Source of the DNA: Patescibacteria group bacterium
GTDB taxonomy: Bacteria > Patescibacteriota > Minisyncoccia > Phycocordibacterales > JAKFXT01
Direction of reading: 5' to 3'
DNA: 64,000 bases
Assembly (NCBI GenBank): GCA_038063555.1
Contig: JBBTUX010000010.1
Location: 22,936-86,935, forward strand
In this document: in pieces, positions 62,939-64,000 of the stretch
How the letters are laid out: every line of letters starts with the position of its first letter
Numbering within the stretch: position 1 is the first letter of the stretch
The notes under the pieces: generated by a model
What the model saw: only the letters and a program-made list of their open reading frames with translations
Database searches by the model: none
What the model was told of the DNA's origin: nothing
Position numbers and translations under genes: made by a program

Positions 62939-64000
62939 TTGAAAAACACAATTTTGTTTTTTGTCGGTTTGAGCATGCTTCTTTCCATAACGCTTCTCTA
63001 CGCGGGGAGCGCTAATCGCATATTTTTGTCTTATGGGGAAATCACAGAGATGATGGCCTCATTGTTTTTTGCAAAAGGTATAACGACTGAAGAATTGCAA
63101 AATAGATACAATTCGGATAGCGGAGAATCAAAGAGTCTAAAAAAAGTAAAGATTCTCGTGGTGCCAGGACACTTCCCCAATAAAGGAGGAGGGGAGTTCG
63201 GTTCTGTCAAAGAAAGAAATATGGCAGTTTCTCTAGGTAAAAATCTGGTTTCTTTTTTGGAAGAAAACGAACGCTTTGAAGTGTTACTGGCAAGAGACGA
63301 TACAAGATTTATTAAAGAAATTGGTGAATATGTAATAAATAATAAAAAAGAGATTGAAAAATGGATCAGTGAGCACAAAAATGAAATGAACAGTTTGATT
63401 GAAAATGGCAAAGTCATTGATATAGATGGTCCGCCCCACAATACTATAAATCAGGAAGACGCCAACGATCTTTATGGAGTTAATAAATGGGCAAATGAAA
63501 ATGACGTGGCTTTAGTTATAAACATTCATTTTAATGATTATCCGCGTAAAAGCTCCACAACAATTGGCAAATATTATGGATTTACAGTTTATGTTCCGGA
63601 AAATCAATACGGGAACGCAGAAAGTTCGGGTGAGGTCGCGGATTATATAGCAAATCGTTTAGGTTTATTTTTGCCGACAAGTAATATGCCAAAGGAAAAA
63701 GGGGGAGTGGTGGAAGACCAAGACCTAATTGCTCTTGGCAGGTTTAATACTTCTAAAACCGCCAGCATACTAATTGAGTATGGCTATATTTATGAGCCAA
63801 TGTTTAGAACAAAAGAAACTAGAGAAGTTGTTTTGAGAGAAATGGCATATCAGACTTATTTAAGTATTGAAGAATTTTTCGGCGTTATTCATGAGGAGGT
63901 TTCATTTATTACAAATAAAGAAGATATGAAGATTTTTTCTGGAGCAGATACTCCAACGCCTGAAGCCCTGCGTTTACAGCTTGCTTTAATAGGAAACGGT
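62939..64000 (+). CDS. N-acetylmuramoyl-L-alanine amidase (Amidase_3), 3' truncated
   Basis: Manual translation from TTG 62939: TM, KILVVPGH, KERNM, INIHFND, ILIEYGYI; open to window end. Confidence 0.85.
   Translation, partial: MKNTILFFVGLSMLLSITLLYAGSANRIFLSYGEITEMMASLFFAKGITTEELQNRYNSDSGESKSLKKVKILVVPGHFPNKGGGEFGSVKERNMAVSLGKNLVSFLEENERFEVLLARDDTRFIKEIGEYVINNKKEIEKWISEHKNEMNSLIENGKVIDIDGPPHNTINQEDANDLYGVNKWANENDVALVINIHFNDYPRKSSTTIGKYYGFTVYVPENQYGNAESSGEVADYIANRLGLFLPTSNMPKEKGGVVEDQDLIALGRFNTSKTASILIEYGYIYEPMFRTKETREVVLREMAYQTYLSIEEFFGVIHEEVSFITNKEDMKIFSGADTPTPEALRLQLALIGNG

Noticed and set aside
1-64000. Alternative genetic code (TGA recoding)
   Set aside because: Conserved genes are full length under code 11 and some end in TGA (e.g. 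cca, tsaE).

Overview
AT-rich bacterial chromosomal window. Gene content and style point to Patescibacteria/CPR, probably Parcubacteria; this is an inference from the reduced housekeeping set, the divergent VirB4/VirB6/PrgI/pilin cluster and the mostly SD-less genes. It contains the jag-yidC-rnpA-rpmH | dnaA-dnaN block; replication, repair and translation genes (rny, HU, cca, xth, xer, rpsO, pnp, comM, pcrA, rsmA, PBP1A, tyrS, ruvC, yebC, ruvB, pilB, tsaE, polA, holA, mutM); five tRNA genes; a parS cluster; and a T4SS-like operon. The most unusual signal is non-coding. (1) An ~85-bp two-hairpin element sits at T-loop-derived sequence in the trailers of three tRNA genes, with ends matching the cognate tRNA, and an intact tRNA-Pro is nested inside a degenerate, hairpin-interrupted copy of itself. 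(2) Two four-helix-bundle genes are each enclosed by inverted 7-bp repeat arrays, which also occur as gene-less sites and as in-frame insertions. (3) A 30-bp double hairpin is inserted in frame in polA (twice) and in a trmH-family gene. (4) A PaaX/Cas2-like gene is bracketed by inverted recombination-site-like sequences. (5) Two promoter-to-terminator units have no ORF and are candidate ncRNAs. All calls were made by eye from sequence; no database searches were run.
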